Shown: one piece after another, positions 60,970 to 64,000 of the stretch | Layout: each line of letters starts with the position of its first letter | How positions within the stretch are numbered: position 1 is the first letter of the stretch | NCBI GenBank assembly: GCA_051362555.1 | Contig: CM120640.1 | Location: forward strand, 35,483,967-35,547,966 | DNA from: Lingula anatina | Lineage: Eukaryota > Animalia > Brachiopoda | DNA length: 64,000 bases | Reading direction: 5' to 3' | Notes under the pieces: model-generated | Told to the model about the DNA's origin: nothing | Seen by the model: only the letters and a program-made list of their open reading frames with translations | Database searches by the model: none | Position numbers and translations under genes: made by a program

Positions 60970-63413
60970 GTTCAAAGAGGCTCTGGATTACATAGTACAT
61001 AGAATCAGTACAATGAAGCATAAATATATAGCTGAAATAAAAACTGTGCTTTCATAGGATGTCTTAGAATACTTCTAGGTTCATTATTAGGTTATGAAAT
61101 ATATTTTTATTCAGATGTAATTATATATGTAAATGTTAATACAGACAAGCATAGCTCAATAGTTGAAACAATAACAGGGCTTTCATAAGATGCTAAGAAT
61201 AATGGTCTTTCTTTATTATATCTATATAATAAGAAAGGCCACAATTCTAGGGCATTGACACAAATAGTCTAAACTCAATAGCTGAAGCAACAATTATGTG
61301 AAGACTTTAAATTAGATTTCTTGATAACAGGGTTTCATCGTTTTGGTCATATCTCTGAGGTTCTTCTAGATCTATAAATGAAAAGAGACTGCACTGGTAT
61401 ATTTATACATCTCTAATACTCATTTTAGTAATGACAATAGTGATATTTTTGGAAAGATTGTAGTGCTGCAGCAATAACATGATTTAGCCATTTTGTGCAA
61501 ATCTAGTCCTTGAGATAAGATGAAATCACTGAGGATGTCAAGTGATGTAACAATAGTCACAAGGTCATAAGTGTTGGATTTTCAACCATTGTATCATGAT
61601 ATGAAAAGATAATATTAAATTTTAATTGATTGAAGTCCTCTTTACAAGCTCATTTACACATATTTGCATTGTTTTAAACCACTCAACTTTGAACATAATG
61701 TTATCTGTTTGTCAACGGAAATAAACAGAGAATTGAACTGTATATCATTTAACGTTATCTTATTTCTGTTCTATGGTATCTGTTAAAAATTCTAATTTAA
61801 GAGTTTGAATCTAAAATGAGATTAGGCCAGTCATTATATTTATATAGAAGATAAAACAGTTATTCAATGTTGTCAAAATGCTCTTTTATAAACCAATGAA
61901 AATAAAATTGGTGCCATTAATGAAGGAACTCCAAAGAAGGTATTTCAAAAAGTGCTTGTTGCCATGCATAAGGACAAAAGAATTGTAGTTCCCACCACTG
62001 TACAATAAGTGTGCTGTTCTTTTAAGCATTGTGTTCTTCAAAACTTAAGGTATGAAATACTGTAACAGAGGTAGCAAGATGTATGTTTACCTATTATATG
62101 AGAATGCACATACTTTGATTATTCCATTTGTTCAGTTCTTACTTTGAATTCCATAACAAGAAAAGGCAGCAATTCAATAAATGATGAAAATTTTTATTTC
62201 TTTTTGTTCTTGTTATATCAGATATCTTCCATGCAGTTTGTAAATGTATGCATAACCCGAAAATATGTGAAAAATGCACATTCCAGTAATTGACATTTAT
62301 CACTTCATTTTGATTCCAGAATCATTTACTGTACATGGCTGGTATATGTCAGTCAATATTCTATAGCCATTGACAAACGGAAACTCTCTTGATAATTTCA
62401 AACGCACATAGCTAATGAAACTGTTCAATAGAATCATTTATACAGAAAATGAATACAGAAAAAGGTTGCGTTCTCTATTGATTTTCAAGAAAAAAGACAT
62501 GCATGCACATTCACTTTAAATATTTGCTGTATTTGTTACACAATATTTCTTATATTATTGAAGACTTATTTTAAAATCTACTGAATTTCTTAATTAACCT
62601 TCATCAACCTGCCTTCCATATTCAAAACTAAACTGTCATTCTCTGATGTCACAAGACATAACTAATCTTTAAAGAATCTGAAAATAATCTTTTGCAGAGA
62701 CAATCATAATATCAAAAGGTATCCCAATGTATTATTGTTAATTTGCATTTAACAGATTAGGTGCAAGTATGCTGTAAATGTCAAATAATGATGTGTTGGC
62801 AGTCCAACTCAAGAGAATGACAAAAAAGGTTCCTGGTTGTATATACTAAAGGTCTTTTATATCAAATGAACCAAAAAATTCCAATCATCCGATTTCTATA
62901 GTTGGCTATAAGTAATTTAAATAATAAGATTACGCCCAGGTTAATATGCTCTAAATGCATATTTTTTACTATTAAAAAAGTGATTCATAGGAATGACTCA
63001 TCATGCTCTATTATCTACAAAATATGTTCTACAATAATTTGAAAATAAAAATGGATACAAAAGCTAGTATGGCAGTGTCCTGTGGTTGCATTTTAATTAT
63101 CATATTTCCAATTGGCTTTCTCTAATCCACAAAAACAAACCAATATAATATATGTATCTATATATAAAATACCTCAAATTTTCTTTCATGGTCTTTACCA
63201 ATAAGGCTACCAAAATATTTTTGCATGCAAAATTATACTATTCAAAATAATTATTTACTCAAAATTATTTACCTTAAATTTGGCATGCATAAAATATATA
63301 AATTTAAATATTTTTTTTCCAAACAGAATGATAATATTAAAAATTATTTACTCAAAATTTGTAATTCTAAAAAGGACATGCATAAAATATAGAAACTAGA
63401 ATTCAAATCCAGG

Positions 63414-63503
63414 TTATTTTCCATGCTTGGCAAGTCTATCTACAACAGCTGCAACAAGTCCGGCTCCCTTTCCACTGCCATCGTCTACAAGGATCAGTTT
63501 AAC
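63414..63503 (-). CDS. HK: Hexokinase terminal exon (VKLILVDDGSGKGAGLVAAVVDRLAKHGK*)
   Basis: DGSGKGA motif; attacag acceptor; TAA at 63416-63414. Confidence 0.92.
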   Translation of the reverse strand, partial: VKLILVDDGSGKGAGLVAAVVDRLAKHGK

Positions 63504-63806
63504 CTGTAATAATATGCAATAAAATATTTAAGAAACTGACAGTTTTTCCAATCTGCATGTTTCAGCAGTTAAAAAATAGATAATCTTATTATATAATTCC
63601 TTTTATCCCCAAACCATATAAAACTTTGTTATTAAATTTGTTGTGTAAAATGTTAACAAACTGAAAAAGGAAGTTAAAACATTTCTCAAATTAAAAAAAA
63701 AATCAAAACACATTTCACAGGTTGCTAGATTCTTTCTTAAACATCTTTTGATTACTGACTATTTTTGTACTGTTTTATGAAAATTTAAGAAGCCATGTCT
63801 CCCCAC

Positions 63807-63940
63807 CTTGGTTTCTGGTGCAAATTTTTCAATGTTTTGCATCAAGAAATCGTGTAGCCTAGGATGATACTGGTACAGGGAGCCATCTACAGCTACTGTC
63901 ACCTCTGGCCTCTTCATTCTATTGCACAATGCTGCCAAAG
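63807..63940 (-). CDS. HK: Hexokinase penultimate exon (LAALCNRMKRPEVTVAVDGSLYQYHPRL...APETK); gene continues beyond the window
   Basis: VAVDGSLY..HP motif; ttgtccag acceptor, gtgggg donor; phase 0 join to the last exon. Confidence 0.92.
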
Positions 63941-64000
63941 CTGGACAAAGAAATATTATTATAAATTTAGAATAATGTTTTTTTTTAATTTGAAATGAAA

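Overview
AT-rich, intron-containing eukaryotic (invertebrate animal) genomic DNA. It is not prokaryotic, and most ORFs in the supplied track are spurious or are exon fragments. Reading splice sites by hand gives four genes. (1) A complete SHANK/ProSAP synaptic scaffold on +: 18 coding exons, 4973..47138, about 1957 aa, SPN-ankyrin-SH3-PDZ-Pro-rich-SAM. (2) A complete RABL2 small GTPase on -: 8 coding exons, 59121..50310, 240 aa, tail-to-tail with SHANK. (3) A three-exon type 1 cystatin (stefin) on +: 59477..60969, 98 aa, head-to-head with RABL2. (4) The last two exons of a hexokinase on -. Highlights: a 2.2-kb open exon in the SH3-PDZ intron of SHANK that splices in frame into the PDZ exon, giving a candidate isoform with about 727 novel aa; candidate early-terminating exons that could split SHANK into N- and C-terminal products; convergent SHANK-RABL2 linkage matching human SHANK3-RABL2B at 22q13; a U12-type intron in RABL2; and several non-autonomous transposons (Tc1/mariner-like, Helentron-associated HINE, Harbinger-like, Kolobok-like). 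All exon calls come from manual reading with no transcript evidence. The organism cannot be determined; the HINE resembles those described in molluscs (inference).
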